Source: Tubulanus polymorphus
Taxonomy: Eukaryota > Animalia > Nemertea
Direction: 5' to 3'
Assembly: GCF_964204645.1 (NCBI RefSeq)
Contig: NC_134031.1
Coordinates: forward strand, 496,001 to 560,000
DNA: 64,000 bases
The translations under genes and the position numbers were made by a program. Position 1 is the first letter of the stretch; the number at the start of each line of letters is the position of its first letter. The notes beneath the pieces were generated by a model, which worked only from the letters and a program-made list of their open reading frames with translations, was not told the origin of the DNA and did not search any database. This document shows positions 10,701 to 25,800 of the stretch, in pieces.

Positions 10701-13700
10701 TCTCGAGTTCAAATTGAATAAGAAAATCGGCTTAGAAGAGAATTTAAAAGAGAAAGCGATAAGATTAGAAAGTTTTGAAGCTGAAGTGAAAGTTCAGGAT
10801 AAAGCGCTCAGGTACGTCTCAAGATTTCATCTCCTGAGCCACAGATAAACACACGTCCTGTGTGCCCCATTGCTCCAACTCATCACCGCCCAAACAGCCA
10901 CGAAATTCACTCGCTGTCCAGTAGAGAATTTTGAGATCCAGTGAGATCTGATGCAAGCAAACAGAATTCTGTGCCGATATTCTCTGAATCCTGCGTCTGT
11001 GTTTTTAGGGAAGCTGAAGATCGAATTGAACAAACTCAACGTAAATTTGACGAAGCGAAGAAATTACTCGTTCAAGCAGAACAAACTGTGAAAGATTATC
11101 AATCAGATTTACAACTAGAACGACTCAAAAATCAACGGTAAAAAATACACATTATAAACTACATCAAAACTGAGTTAAATCCTGTTGAGAAAATCTAGGC
11201 TTGATTGATATTCATTTGTACGTTTGAAATTCTGCACAGGCCTTGGTTTCATCGTCTAGGTTCGGGGACTGGCCTCTTATTGAGAGGTCCAGGCCTGGTT
11301 TCGCAATCAGGGGTTTAAAGGCATTAAAGGCGATCTAATGAAATTGACCCCTAAGACAATTCACATTCCCCAGACAACACTACGCCCTTATACTGTCTGA
11401 ACGCCTACTGTTAGTTTACTATCAATCATTCTTAGAACATTCTTCAAATATTTAATGAATTGTTATTTTTATCTAAACCCCTGTAGTTCCAGTGGACCAT
11501 AACGATTTCTAAGTTTTTATCAAACCCTGTATGTTTTCAGGGTTCAATATTCCTATATGATTTCGTGAATTTGCTAAAACGTAGAATTATTCAGAATTTT
11601 CTAGAACCTTAAGAATTATTTACAATTATTTCGAATCTGGGCAAAATGCATGAAAACTCTCTGAGATATATATATATATATATCTACAGTAATTATAGAT
11701 CCCGACTTCTTTAAGATATAAATGTCATTAGTGGGTGTTGGTTGTGGTGGTCACTCGCCCGAGCATGTTTTACTGGTCACAGTTGAACTGTTAACAGTCA
11801 CAGTGACAGGCGGGCGGGATCTACACAGTACTGGACACGTCTGTTGTCTATTTAATAGCAGGACACCGCATTCCACTACAATACTCATTAACACTCAGTG
11901 TAGTTTAACACTCGTCAATCTTTGGATTTATTTTTGTGCTCATTATTTCTACTAAAGGTAAATATTCAGACTGGAAAACAATACATTTCAAGAATTTCAT
12001 TTATTTCAATATCTTATTGTTTATTTATTATTAATTTCATAAATAACAAATTTTGATTTCAATTTTGAATTCAAACGCAGGATAAGAACCAAAACTATTT
12101 TTTGAAGTATTTTCAAATCAATTGTGATATAGCTTTGAATTAAAGAATCAGAAAATAATTTTCAAATAAATTTCGATATTATTTTTGTTGTTTTGCTAGA
12201 ATTGAAGAGGAACGTCAAAGGACGTTTGAAGGTTTCGCTGATATTCAAAAAAGTTTTACCGAATATCAGAGAAAAGCTCGCGAAAAATTAAAAAAGGTAA
12301 TTAAACAAAATCTTAATTACTAATTAACAGAGAACGCTAATTACCCGGGATCCAGTTCCACAGTTGTGAGAGTTGAGTTAGAATTGAGTTAATTTTCAGT
12401 GTTGTATTTATCTCTAATTTAGAGTTAAATCTGAACTCACAACTGTTGAACTGAGTTCTGTAATTCAATGTATGGCGTGTGCTTGATAAAACTCACTTCA
12501 GAATTTCACTGAAATTTTGGGGCTACATTTACATCGAGCCTGCCCTTACTCATATAACTAACCGTGTGCCATTTTTATTTTACCCGCGTGTGCTTATTAA
12601 CCACCGTGTGCCATCAACGATTATAGCATCAGAATAACGAGGAGTGCGCACGTAACAATCTGATACAAGTCAATCTCGAACGGGAAATATTAGAGAATAA
12701 ACTAACAAACATGACTGCTGAAATATCACTACTTCAACAAGAGATCAGGTACTGTTTACATCACTCCCACCTCTTTCACCTCCTCACCTCTCCCTCAACC
12801 TCTCTCACCCCCTCTCCCTCAACCTCTCCCACCTCTCTCACCTCTCCCTCAACCTCTCCCACCTCTCTCATCCCCTCTCCCTCACCTCTCCCACCTCTCT
12901 CACACCCTCACTCAACCTCTCCCACCTCTCTCACCCCCTCCCCTCTCCCTCAACCTCTCCCACCTCTCTCACCCCCTCCCCTCTCCCTCAACCTCTCCCA
13001 CCTCTCTCACCCCCTCCCCTCTCCCTCAACCTCTCCCACCTCTCTCACCCCCTCCCCTCTCCCTCAATACATCACTCCCACCTCTCTCACCCCCTCCCCT
13101 CAACCTCTGTCACCCCCTCCCCTCTCCCTCAACCTCTCCCACCTCTCTCACACCCTCCCTCAACCTCTCCCACCTCTCTCACCCCCTTCCCTCAACCTCT
13201 CCCACCTCTCTCACCCCCTCCCCTCAACCTCTCCCACCTCTCTCCCCCTCCCCTCAACCTCTGTCACCCCCTCCCCTCTCCCTCAACCTCTCCCACCTCT
13301 CTCACCCCTCCCCTCTCCCTCAACCTCTCCCACCTCTCTCACCCCCTCTCCCTCAACCTCTCCCACCTCTCTCACCCCTCCCCTCTCCCTCAACCTCTCC
13401 CACCTCTCTCACCCCCTCCCTCAACCTCTCCCACCTCTCTCACCCCCTCCCCTCTCCCTCAACCTCTGAAATGAGACTTTCCTGTCTCTCTTAGTAATGT
13501 TGTTATTTGAATGTTACCCTGGTGTTTGAACCAGTGAACTAAAAGGAATTCAGAAATGGAAAATTTAGGAATGAAAGAAAAATTTTATATTTGTTGATAA
13601 ATTAGGATATTTTTACAGAGCTGTGAAAGGGTTAAACATGACTAAATTAATGAGTAATATTTATTAATATCTGACTAATAATGATTAATATTTATTGCGT

Positions 13701-13790
13701 TTATGAATGATTTTTCGCCCACGCGATATATTCATATATTTATAGAAATCATTTATCTGTTTAATTCATTATATTCAATTTGATTATTTA

Positions 13791-13864
<74 letters not shown>

Positions 13865-16800
13865 GTATATTGTACGCGGGTAGGGGTGGAAAGAGGGATA
13901 GGTCTTAACGTGATTTGTGGCGGTCAGAAATTCTTGACCGCTGGTGTGGAACAAAGTCGTTAAATCGCAGTGAATAAAACACAGGTCTTCGATCTGTAGG
14001 TCTTTCTCTCCGCACGTCTATAGGTTAACCGTGTTTGTACAAGTTTAATTCTATTGAATTATTCTTAAAACCGACCACAATTAATTCTCAATACGACTTT
14101 GATTATTTGTTGACTCGAGTCGATATTCTCACCCCGACCTTACACCTGCTATTACCACTCATAGCCGTCGAACAGGTGTTTATTTACAGAGGTTTCAATT
14201 TCAATCAGATTCATCGTGAATTTCTCATTTTTCTGATATTCAGTAAAAACGTAAATTTTCAGTTTCTCTGAATTTTTAAAGATTCTTTCGTTCATATTTT
14301 TATCGCAGACATTTACAAGAGGAAAATAAAACAACTGCGGAAAAAAATTCGAATCTCGAAGAACAAATTACAACAATGGCATCGACGGAAGTGGTAACTA
14401 CGGTGAAAGAGAAGCGTTCATCCGGTGAGTCGAGACTCCTGACGGGATACTGATCTATGAGATCAGGTTCTACCTGTTAAATTTAACACTTGAGTTTGAA
14501 TGAGTTTAATTCTAGTGTTTTAACATTGAAGAATCAAATCTCAACCTCGGAGCCAGTTGCACAGTCATGGCTTAAGTCCAAAAATTGCCTTAAATCTTAA
14601 GACTGGTCTTAAGTTGTTAGACTTAAGACCAGTCTTAGTTCTATAGCCAATCTAAGCCATGACTATGCAACCCGCCCCAGGATCTTGGAGCCATAAATCT
14701 TAAATAACTATTGATGAAACTCTCTCTGAGTCCATGTTGTAAAGATAATATAAAATCCCTGCACACTTAGAATAAAAAGAGTCTAAAATGTTTAAAGCAT
14801 GAAAACAGTAACAAACAAAACCAAGAACTTTATCTTTACTACGAAATGTTATTGAAATTGTATAGTTGTAAGAAACTGAACAATTATCTCTAGTATGAAA
14901 TGAAATGTAGTTATTGTTATTGTATAGTTGTGAGTAATGATAGTTTAGAGGAAGAAGAAGTGAATGCTATGAAAGGAATCGTCAGTAAAACCAGGGAATT
15001 ATTCACAACCGGACGAGATAAAAAACTGAGCGTCAGCGACGATAGCGGAAATATAACATCGACCAATGAGAATACAGATTCAACTAAAACAACATCGGTT
15101 ACCGGGTTATCAGCAACGATGTCGTCTAAACCTAGTGATACTTATTTACCTTATAGATCATATCAACAGGCTTCATCGGTTAGTATTACCTGTACCCTAC
15201 ACCCTTCACCCTCTCAACCGGCCCCCTACACCCTCTCAACCTACCCCTACACCCTCTCAACCGGCCCCCTACACCCTCTCAACCTACCCCCCCCTACACC
15301 CTCTCAACCTGAACCTGGTATTCCCTCAGCCTGGATCCTACAATCTCTCAGCCTACCCCCTACACCCTCTCAACCTGTACCCTACCCCCTTCTCAACCTA
15401 CCCCCTACACCCTCTCAACCGGCCCCCTCGGCCCTCTCAACCTGAACCTGGTATCCCCCTCAGCCTGGATCCTACACCTCCTCGATCCAGTCCCATCATG
15501 GCTCTCAGACATTTGATACTTTATCACCATTCTTCTAATTTGACTCCAGACTTGGTGGGGTCCAACTGAAGGGGTGGTTAAGGGCTGCTGATGACTAAGG
15601 GGGTCCAGGATCCATCCAGGCTACTGATAGATGTTTAAGCTACTGGATTCAGTTCCACAGTTTCAAAATTTTACTCACTGAAATTAACTGATTTTGAGTC
15701 AAAACTGATATTTGTACTGTGTATTTGTCACTAGGTAAACGGTGATAGTAAGATCGGAGTTACGACTGGTATTGGATCTAGTTATAGATATAAGAGTACT
15801 GATATGCCGTATTCACCGCGCTCTAGTTCATACAGTTATACACCAATATCATCAGCTAGCTCTTTACAATCAGGCGTCAAATCATCTATTGATTATAACA
15901 GTGGATATTCAGGAAGGTACGTTTCATTTTGATACTCTTTAAAATCTGAGTTGAAAGTAATCTCAAACAAGAGTTCCTCCAAACTACCTTTCAGCCAGTT
16001 GACCAGTTAAAACTTAGATTTAAGATCAGTTTAAGCCCTACATTTCTATATCCAATCCTAACTCCATTGAAACTTTAGAGACTGTAGCACCTAAACTCAC
16101 AGAGTTCACAGAATTCATGCTGAACTTGTAGGGAATTTTATCTTCAGGCCTCACATCCCATTTAATCATTAGTTTAGTTTTGATTCTATAACTGAAGTAT
16201 GTTTTCTATATATTGCTGCGTCTCAGGCTGATGAGTTCGTCTCATCCCAGTCTAGATTATTCAGCTATTGCCGATATGTTTTTTTCGGCCGCTAAACTTC
16301 GACAAATCGATTTCGAATCCGATGTCCATTTGGACCCCGCGTCGTCGCACAGTTGCACTATGGGTTTGGAAGGTTGCACGTGTTACCAGACACAAGTGGC
16401 GCCATCTGTTAACGGTCACGGTGTCAATGAACAGAGTGAGTTTGAACGTAGATCGTAACCGTAGCTACCAGGATGTAGATCGTAACCATAGCAACTCGAT
16501 CCTCACTGTTATATCTATTATTCAATGTTAACTGTTTCACCTCAGATATATTTAATCCTAACACTAGGTAGAGCTAACACCTATAGAGTAGGGACCCCTT
16601 AAACATAGCTAGCAAAACATAGACCACTGAACAAGCAGCACTGAGTGTAACACTGATGAGTGGTACTGAGTGTGGCACTGCACGGCACATGTGTAACAGC
16701 GAATAAAGCTTGATATTTAGTTCCGGTTTATCCCACTAGGCGAGCTGCGTCTACGTACGTGTTTAAACCGGTCGATGAAATCCCGATTCAAAGAACGGAA

Positions 16801-19800
16801 TCTTCTTCGTTCTTCGTCGAGGCGTCGAAAAAAGGTGAAGATAAATTAGAAGATTTACGAGATGAGCTGTCGAGTATTATTGAGAAGGGTCGAGCAAGTA
16901 AGTGAGAGAGGGGAGGAGAGGGGAGATGGGGAGAGTGGAGAGGGGAAGGGAGGGAGGGATAGAGGGGGAGATGAGCTGTCGAGTATTATTGAGAAGGGTC
17001 GAGCAAGTAAGTGAGAGAAGGGGAGAGGGGAGAGTGGAGAGGGGAAGGGAGGGAGGGATAGAGGGGGAGATGAGCTGTCGAGTATTATTGAGAAGGGTCG
17101 AGCAAGTAAGTGAGAGAGGGGGAGAGGAAGGGAGGGAGGGAAGGATAGAGGAGGGGGAGAAGGGGAGAGGAGAGGGGAAGGGAGGGAGAGGTATTGGTCA
17201 GTACAGTCTCTTGATGCATGTTGTAGATAGATAGATGTTTAATTAGACTATATATACCGGAAGATAGATAAATGTAAGATAGATAGATGTGTAGTTTACT
17301 GTAGTTTGAGTTCAGTTTCACTCGATATACTCAGAGTAAAAATCCCAGTTAATCCAGTTAAATCCTAGAGTCAAATTCAAACAAACAACTGTGTAACAGG
17401 GTTTTCCTCTTCAACTGTTTCGTGAAACTGACTCACTAAACTAGAACCATTGTATTTATTCTTGCTTTTATAATGAATATTTAGAAGTTGCTTTTTATTC
17501 CAAATTCCACAGAAAATCAATAATTTCTCACAGGACGCTAAACTGATATTTAAACAGTAGTTATACATACATTACCTAATTCCCAAAATGCGCATTTAAT
17601 AATTTGTGAATTATAGAAATTATTCATCTGTGATATGAAATAGATTTCGATTGATGGTATGATTGTTATTGATTACTAGGTGATAGAAGAGCTGATGAAT
17701 TACAGAAAGTGATCAGTACATTAGAGGAAGAACGAGCTGAATATCGCACGTTAATAATGCAGTTAGAACGTCAAACAGCTGAATTACAGTCACAGTTACA
17801 GGGAACTGAGGTCCGTTATAAAGAGAGATTCAGTCGTATGGCTGAAATAGAACAAGATTTACACAAAAAATCTACGTTAGTGATGGAATTAGAGAGGACT
17901 CTTCATGAGAGGGATAGACAGGTAAGTTATTATAAAAACCCCTACTCTCCCCATTTCCAGCCCTCTCAGCCCTCATCTTACCCCTTAACCCCCTATCATG
18001 TTAGTGATGGAATTAGAGAGGGATAAATTGGTGGTCTATCATACAACCCCTCCCCTCATCTTTTCATCTTACAGTTACATATATAACCGGTATTTAATCT
18101 ACCCATGAGATAATTGATAATTGATAATTTAGTCTAGAAAGTTTGGCCAAGTTCCACAGCTCTAGATTCAGTTAGACTAGTTAAAACTGATAATAAAACT
18201 GATTTTGTTGATGAGTCGATGAATGATGAATCAGTTCCCCGTTTGTCAATCATCTCTGAATATTTCTATGATTTGTTGATATTGTTTTTTAGGTTCAAAC
18301 GAACGCTGCTCGTTTAACGGAGTTCGAACAGTTAATGCGCGAGAGAAATGGACGAATAGCCGGATTAGAAAGTGAGATCGCTGTTAAACGTCAGTTAGAA
18401 ATGAAAGTTACCGAATTAGAGGGAAAAATACGAAATACTGAATTACGTTTCGAGGATAAAAATACGAGATTAGAGAAAATAGAATCGGTTTTACAGGAGA
18501 GAGATAGAGAAATACTGGAAGTGAATAGAGAGGTGAGTGACAGAGGAGGTCATTGAATAGTTAGTGAGGGAGGTCATTGAATAGTTAGTGACGGAGGTCA
18601 TTGGAAAGTTAGTGAGGGAGGTCACTGGGTAGTAAGTGAGGTGATGAGGTCATTGGAAAGTTAGTGAGGGAGGTCATTGAATAGTTAGTGACGGAGGTCA
18701 CTGGGTAGTAAGTGAGGTGATGAGGTCATTGAAAAGTTAGTGAGGGAGGTCAATCAATAGTTAGTGAGGGAGGTCATTGAATAGTTAGTGATGGAGGTCA
18801 CTGGGTAGTAAGTGAGGTGATGAGGTCATTGGAAAGTTAGTGAGGGAGGTCAATCAATAGTTAGTGAGGGAGGTCACTCATTAGTTAGTGACGGAGGTCA
18901 CTGGGTAGTAAGTGAGGTGATGAGGTCATTGGAAAGTTAGTGAGGGAGGTCAATCAATAGTTAGTGAGGGAGGTCATTGAATAGCTAGTAAAAATTCTGT
19001 GTCAGTTGTCACTATTCCATTTGACGCATTCAAATGCAACTCAGGATCCGGTTCCTGAACTGGGTTAAGAATCATGAATATTATAACAGTTTCATGTTGA
19101 ACCAATAGATGGCAGTTCTGAGTAGTTATTTTCGGGCCCTAAAATGTTTGAACTACTTCTGGGAATAAAACGATTGATTGAATCGGTTGTTATTTTGTTG
19201 TAGTTGGCGAATCGTACGAATCAGATGAAGATGATGGAATCGGAATTGAACGGTAAAGTTACGGAGATTTCCCGTCACGTGAATCGAGTTAAAGACGCTG
19301 AGAAACAATTGGGAGATCGTCATGAGCAACTGCAGGGCATGCAACGAGAATTAGACGCTAAATCATCGGCGATCATCGAACACGAAATGACGATCAGTAA
19401 ATTGAAAGAGGGACAAAACGCTCAGATTCGTGAATTAGAAATGAGACTCAGATCGGTACGTGTTAATCTACGATCTACATTCCACCCCGAGATACATGTG
19501 GAACTGGATCCAGAGTCAACTGTGGAACTGGATCCAGAGTCAACTGTGGAACTGGATCCAGAGTCAACTGTGGAACTGGATCCGGAGTCAACTGTGGAAC
19601 TGGATCCAGATTCAAATGTGGAATTTCAGTTGAATCACTGTTGTGTTTATGGTTTTTGTTTTTAGTACGAAAATCAAATGGATGAAATGAATTCACGCAA
19701 TGAATTGTTCCAAAAGAACGTCGATGATTTACGTCAGGAACTCGGATCAAAAGAGATGGTCATTCTCGAGAATGCTTCCAAATTTGAGTCTTCAAAACGA

Positions 19801-22800
19801 GTAAGTTCACTAGGAGACTATTCCTGCTATATTCTAGCGCGTGGTTTTAATGTCGATTACTGACGGTTTGTCGTTTCTGGCAGGAAATGGAAGATAAAAA
19901 TCGTAAAGGTGAAAAGATGTTGATGGATATCGAAATGGAGCATAAATTCGCAACGGAACGAATCAATAAAATGGAATCGGAATTAACGGTTTGTCGAGAG
20001 GAGATTCAGAGTTATATCACACGTCTCGAATCGGAGAGAGCGAAATTCAATCAGGAAATGTTGAGCAAGAATGAAGAGGTAAAATTACTCAGAGTTTGGT
20101 AGAGATAAACTAAGCTGAAACAAGCCTCTCTAGGCTCTCAGAGATATACTAGGCTACTAGTTCAAACAAGCCTCTCTAGGCTCTCAGAGATAAACTAGGC
20201 TACTAGTTCAAACGGGCCTCTCTAGGCTCTCAGAGATAAACTAGGCTACTAGTTCAAACGGGCCTCTCTAGGCTCTCAGAGATATACTAGGCTACTAGTT
20301 CAAACAAGCCTCTCTAGGCTCTCAGAGATATACTAGGCTACTAGTTCAAACAAGCCTCTCTAGGCTCTCAGAGATATACTAGGCTACTAGTTCAAACAAG
20401 CCTCTCTAGGCTCTCAGAGATATACTAGGCTACTAGTTCAAACAAGCCTCTCTAGGCTCTCAGAGATATACTAGGCTACTAGTTCAAACAAGCCTCTCTA
20501 GGCTCTCAGAGATATACTAGGCTACTAGTTCAAACAAGCCTCTCTAGGCTCTCAGAGATATACTAGGCTACTAGTTCAAACAAGCCTCTCTAGGCTCTCA
20601 GAGATATACTAGGCTACTAGTTCAAACAAGCCTCTCTAGGCTCTCAGAGATATACTAGGCTACTAGTTCAAACAAGCCTCTCTAGGCTCTCAGAGATATA
20701 CTAGGCTACTAGTTCAAACAAGCCTCTCTAGGCTCTCAGAGATATACTAGGCTAATAGTTCAAACAAGCCTCTCTAGGCTCTCAGAGATATACTAGGCTA
20801 ATAGTTCAAACAAGCCTCTCTAGGCTCTCAGAGATATACTAGGCTACTAGTTCAAACAAGCCTCTCTAGGCTCTCAGAGATATACTAGGCTAATAGTTCA
20901 AACAAGCCTCTCTAGGCTCTCAGAGATATACTAGGCTACTAGTTCAAACAAGCCTCTCTAGGCTCTCAGAGATATACTAGGCTACTAGTTCAAACGAGCC
21001 TCTCTAGGCTCTCAGAGATATACTAGGCTACTAGTTCAAACGAGCCTCTCTAGGCTCTCAGAGATATACTAGGCTACTAGTTCAAACAAGCCTCTCTAGG
21101 CTCTCAGAGATATACTAGGCTACTAGTTCAAACGAGCCTCTCTAGGCTCTCAGAGATATACTAGGCTACTAGTTCAAACGAGCCTCTCTAGGCTCTCAGA
21201 GATATACTAGGCTACTAGTTCAAACGAGCCTCTCTAGGCTCTCAGAGATATACTAGGCTACTAGTTCAAACGAGCCTCTCTAGGCTCTCAGAGATATACT
21301 AGGCTACTAGTTCAAACAAGCCTCTCTAGGCTCTCAGAGATATACTAGGCTACTAGTTCAAACAAGCCTCTCTAGGCTCTCAGAGATATACTAGGCTACT
21401 AGTTCAAACAAGCCTCTCTAGGCTCTCAGAGATATACTAGGCTACTAGTTCAAACGAGCATCACTAGGCTCTCAGAGATATACTAGGCTACTAGTTCAAA
21501 CAAGCCTCTCTAGGCTCTCAGAGATATACTAGGCTAATAGTTCAAACGAGCATCACTAGGCTCCCGGAGATATTTATCTTATATTGTCAGCAGAGTTTGA
21601 AAGTGATTTCACTATGATGAGAAATCTAAATCTTTGAAGTCTTTTATGGTTAACTAAACGAATCATGTGTTAAATATTGCATAAGTTCAATATAAATACT
21701 GTAAATATATGAATATAAGTCTGATAGCCTAAGAACCCCTAGGTATCCCTGCATACTGAATGAAACTCTAATAAACCTCTTGAGTTTTCATTGTTGTTTT
21801 GTTTCTAGTTAGCGACGACTGACAGTAATCTGCGCGCGGCTCAAAGAGAACTCGAGAATAGGAATCTACAATATACAGAGTTAGAGAGAGCTATGCACGA
21901 ACGACTAGAGATGTTAACTAGCAGCACGACTAGAATTCACGAACTAGAAGAGGCTAACTCGCAATATCAACATAAAATATCATACATAGAACAACAGCTA
22001 GTTCGCAAAGACGACGAGTTCCAGATCGAAATGCGCCATCTTGAGGCGAAAATTGAAAGTACGGTGTTCGATTTGGAAGCTCGACACACGCAAATACAAC
22101 AACTCACGAAAACTATCAAGTAAGTCACAACTCAGTTTAAGCAAGTTGAACTCCTGGGGCCAGTTGCATAGTCATGACTTAGACTTCTAAGTCTAAGACC
22201 AACTTAGTTCTATAGACAATCTAACAACTTAAGACCAGTCTTAAGAGTTCAGACCACTTTGGATTTAAGTCACAACCGTGCAACCGGTCCCAGAGGACTG
22301 CGGATAGAAACGGGTTCTGATTTCTTATGAATGAAATTATGTGGCTGAGAATTATGAAGGTTTTGATTTCGTTATTTTCAGGGAATTAGAAGAAGAAAGG
22401 CAGAAATTGAGCGATGAGATTCAAGAGATGCACGGTGAGATGCAGGTACAACACAACGAACACCAGGGTCGCGCTACTCATATACAGAATCTAGAATCAC
22501 AAATCAAACATATTGAATTACAACGAGATCAGAAAGATGAAAGAGGTAACGAATGACTATTGATGAAACAATCTGAGTCCGTATTGAAATAATCCTTCAA
22601 TCAGAATAAAAAATAGATTCTGTAGTTCCTTGAGCTGTAGTTTATTCAACCTGGATTGAAACGGAGAATTGAAATTCATCCCTGACTGGAATTTATTGTT
22701 GTTTTATTTATTTTTTCTAAATGATTTTATGTTTATTTTTACTTGTAGTTCATTTCTTGGAAGATCGATTGAGTAAATTAGAAATGGAACTTCATGATCA

Positions 22801-25800
22801 ACTACAGGGATCAAACAGATGGGAATTAGACATTAAAACATTACAGGTACGATTTAAACACGATATCTGAATCCAGTTTCACAGTTCTGAATCCAGTTCC
22901 ACAGTTCTGAATCCAGTTCCACAGTTCTGAATCCAGTTCTGCAGTTAATAGTTGAGTTCAAGCATTGAAAATTAACTTAATTTAGATCACAACTTTGGAG
23001 CCAGGTCAACAACTGTGGAACTGGGTCCCGAACTGTAGAACTAGAACTGAGTCCTGAACTGTGTAACTGGATTCCTGGGGCTGGAAATGATCTGTAAATC
23101 AGTGAAATACACATTAATTTCTATTAACAGAGTGATTTACAAGCTAAAGAATCACACCTGAAAGAAGTGACGTCGATTCTGGATAAAACACGCGGCGACC
23201 TCTACCAGAAAGATTCACAGGCTGCCGAATTGAGCCAATCAGTGAAACGACAAGAAGCGGAACTACGTCACCGTAGTAACGAGGTTGAACATCTGGAACG
23301 TACGTTACAGGAGAGAACGAACGAACTGAAGGAAAGAGTGAAACAGGTATTAAATACACGACTGTCACAGATCAGGGAAAAATGTGGGAATTTGAATTAT
23401 TGGTGTCTTGTTGTTCTTGCTGGTGACGAGTGACACGAGGAACCTCTTGATAAGAAACAGCCCTCACTGTGGATATATAAATCAAGGAATTTGAATTTTT
23501 GGTATCTTGTTGTTTTTGGCTGGTGACGAATGAAACGAGGGACCTCTTGATAAGAAACAGCCCTCACTGTGGATATATAAATCAAGGAATTTGAATTTTT
23601 GGTATCTTGTTGTTTTTGGCTGGTGACGTGTGACACAAAGAACCTCTTGATAACAAATAGCCTCTACTGAGGATATCTTATTACTTGATAAGGGATTTTT
23701 TGGGCAAGGGTCAGAAAATATCAGGGAATTTAGATTCCCTGATCTCTAAGGCCCAGTGAATATGATTTTGAAAGAGAGTTGAACCTACCCGATACCAACC
23801 ACTGACCCGAGGAGAGGGCGGGACAAAAATTATAATTTCATTTGTTTTATATCAGGTTTCTGAGATCGAAGGTTTAATTCAAGAGAATAAGAAAGAAACT
23901 GTGGGTAAAATCCGAACGCTGGAACTATCTGTATCGGAGAAAACTCATATCCTCGAAGAGAAAAACCGTCAAGTTCAAATATTAGAGGAAGAAGTGAATA
24001 GATTGATAACAGCTCTGAAAGAAAGAGACGCTCAATTACAGAAAATAGAATCCACTATGAAATCACGTATTTACGATTTAGAAATGAAAGCCAATCAGAG
24101 TTCAGAGTTTGAGAAACAGACCGTGCAACAGAAGAATTACATCGAAGATCTCCGCGAGAACAACCGATTACTGAACGAGGACGTCGTCAAATTACGCGGA
24201 AAAATGTCTGAATTACAGAAATTCCAACACGAGAAAGAGAGATTAAATCGTCAACTCGAAGAGTACGTTTCATTGTTGAAGAGTAAAGACGGAGATAACG
24301 CGAGATTAGCGGAAGAGTTAGGAGCGGCTCGGGCGCGCGAGGCCCAGGTCGAGAGTCATTGGGTCGCCGAGAATCGTAATCTACAAGCTGAATTAAACGG
24401 AGCTCGCATGTCGCGTACTGAAGTTCAAGGTGAAGCTCGATCGCAGGTTCTAGAATTAGAAGAGAAAGTCGCGAGGTTACATCGAGATTTACAGATCGCT
24501 CACGATGAATTACAATCAATGAATCGTCAGTTGAGTTCTAATAAAGAGGTTCTCGACGCCGCTAATGAAGCTATTATGATTAAGGTACGTTTACTTTTTG
24601 TAGCAATTACAGCTTAACTTGGTTAAAGTCATCATCATCATCAATATCATCATCATCATCATCATCACCAATATCATAGACAAATGGAGGCCTGGTTGAG
24701 GCCTATTGGTGTCCGGCTCGTTTGGTGATTAATATCAGTTTAGGCGACAGGGTTATAAATGTTTCTCATTTATGTTATCATCAAATGCGCCATCAGACTT
24801 TTCGGCGAGTAGTCATAGTTTGATTGCAGATCACCCGATAAGTCTTCACATTACATCGTCTATCTGTTAGTCACTATTTATATTTGCAATTTGATTCATG
24901 AGTTGCAAGGAGTCATTAATTACGTATGCATCAAGGAAGGGGGGAGGGGTCGGTGCAATTGCGTATCGTAATGCTTAATGTACATGAAACAAAGTACAAA
25001 GTGGGAGGGGGTTGAAATAGTCAAATTTTATGCATACGTAATAAATGAATGATCCCTAAGTTGTCATTTGGATAAGTCATGGTCACATTACTGAAGTCAA
25101 CTCTATTTCAAAGTCCTAATTTCCAATTTTTCCGTTCCATTTACTAAGTATAAGTTGACATTTGTATAAGTCTTCAACGATCATCACAATTATAATGAAT
25201 TTCAACAATTTCACATTTAAAAACTAAAACGACTTTGATGAATTCAACTGTAAAATGATGTTAATTTGATGTTTATCGTGTTTTTGTAGGAAACTGAAAT
25301 AGCTCGATTAGAAGCTAAGATTGATTCACGAACTCGTATTGAACAGAGAGAGTTAGTACAGAGTGTACAATATGTACCGGCGTCTCTCACTGCGATTCCC
25401 GTCGATTCCACTCCGATTCACCCGTGCCCCGTTCACAAGCAGTCGTCGACGACCACGACTCACATTGTCTCCGGGTATAACTCTCCGAGACCGCGCGCGA
25501 TTTCCGTTGCGTCCTTGATGAATTCTCGTCAGACGTCGCCAGTAATCTCGCGCGCAGCCTCGTTCCAGAATCTCTACTTCGATACGTCACGATCAGTGAG
25601 TCCGATGGGACGTCGGTCGCAGTCCGTATCGCGATCTCAATCACCGGTTCGATTCCGTCGATTCAGCGAACGTTCCATGACGACCGAAGACATTGTTGGA
25701 GAAGGCACGAGATTCTCGTTTAATAATAAGTATAAAAGTCACGCTCATTACCCGGGTAAAACCGACTGCCCGACTCCGACCTCCAACAGTTTCAGTAAAT

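Noticed and set aside
20117-21572. CRISPR-like regular array (also 36911-37663 and 44070-44779)
   Set aside because: Head-to-tail identical units with no unique spacers and no cas genes, in a eukaryotic intron-rich context: these are satellites.
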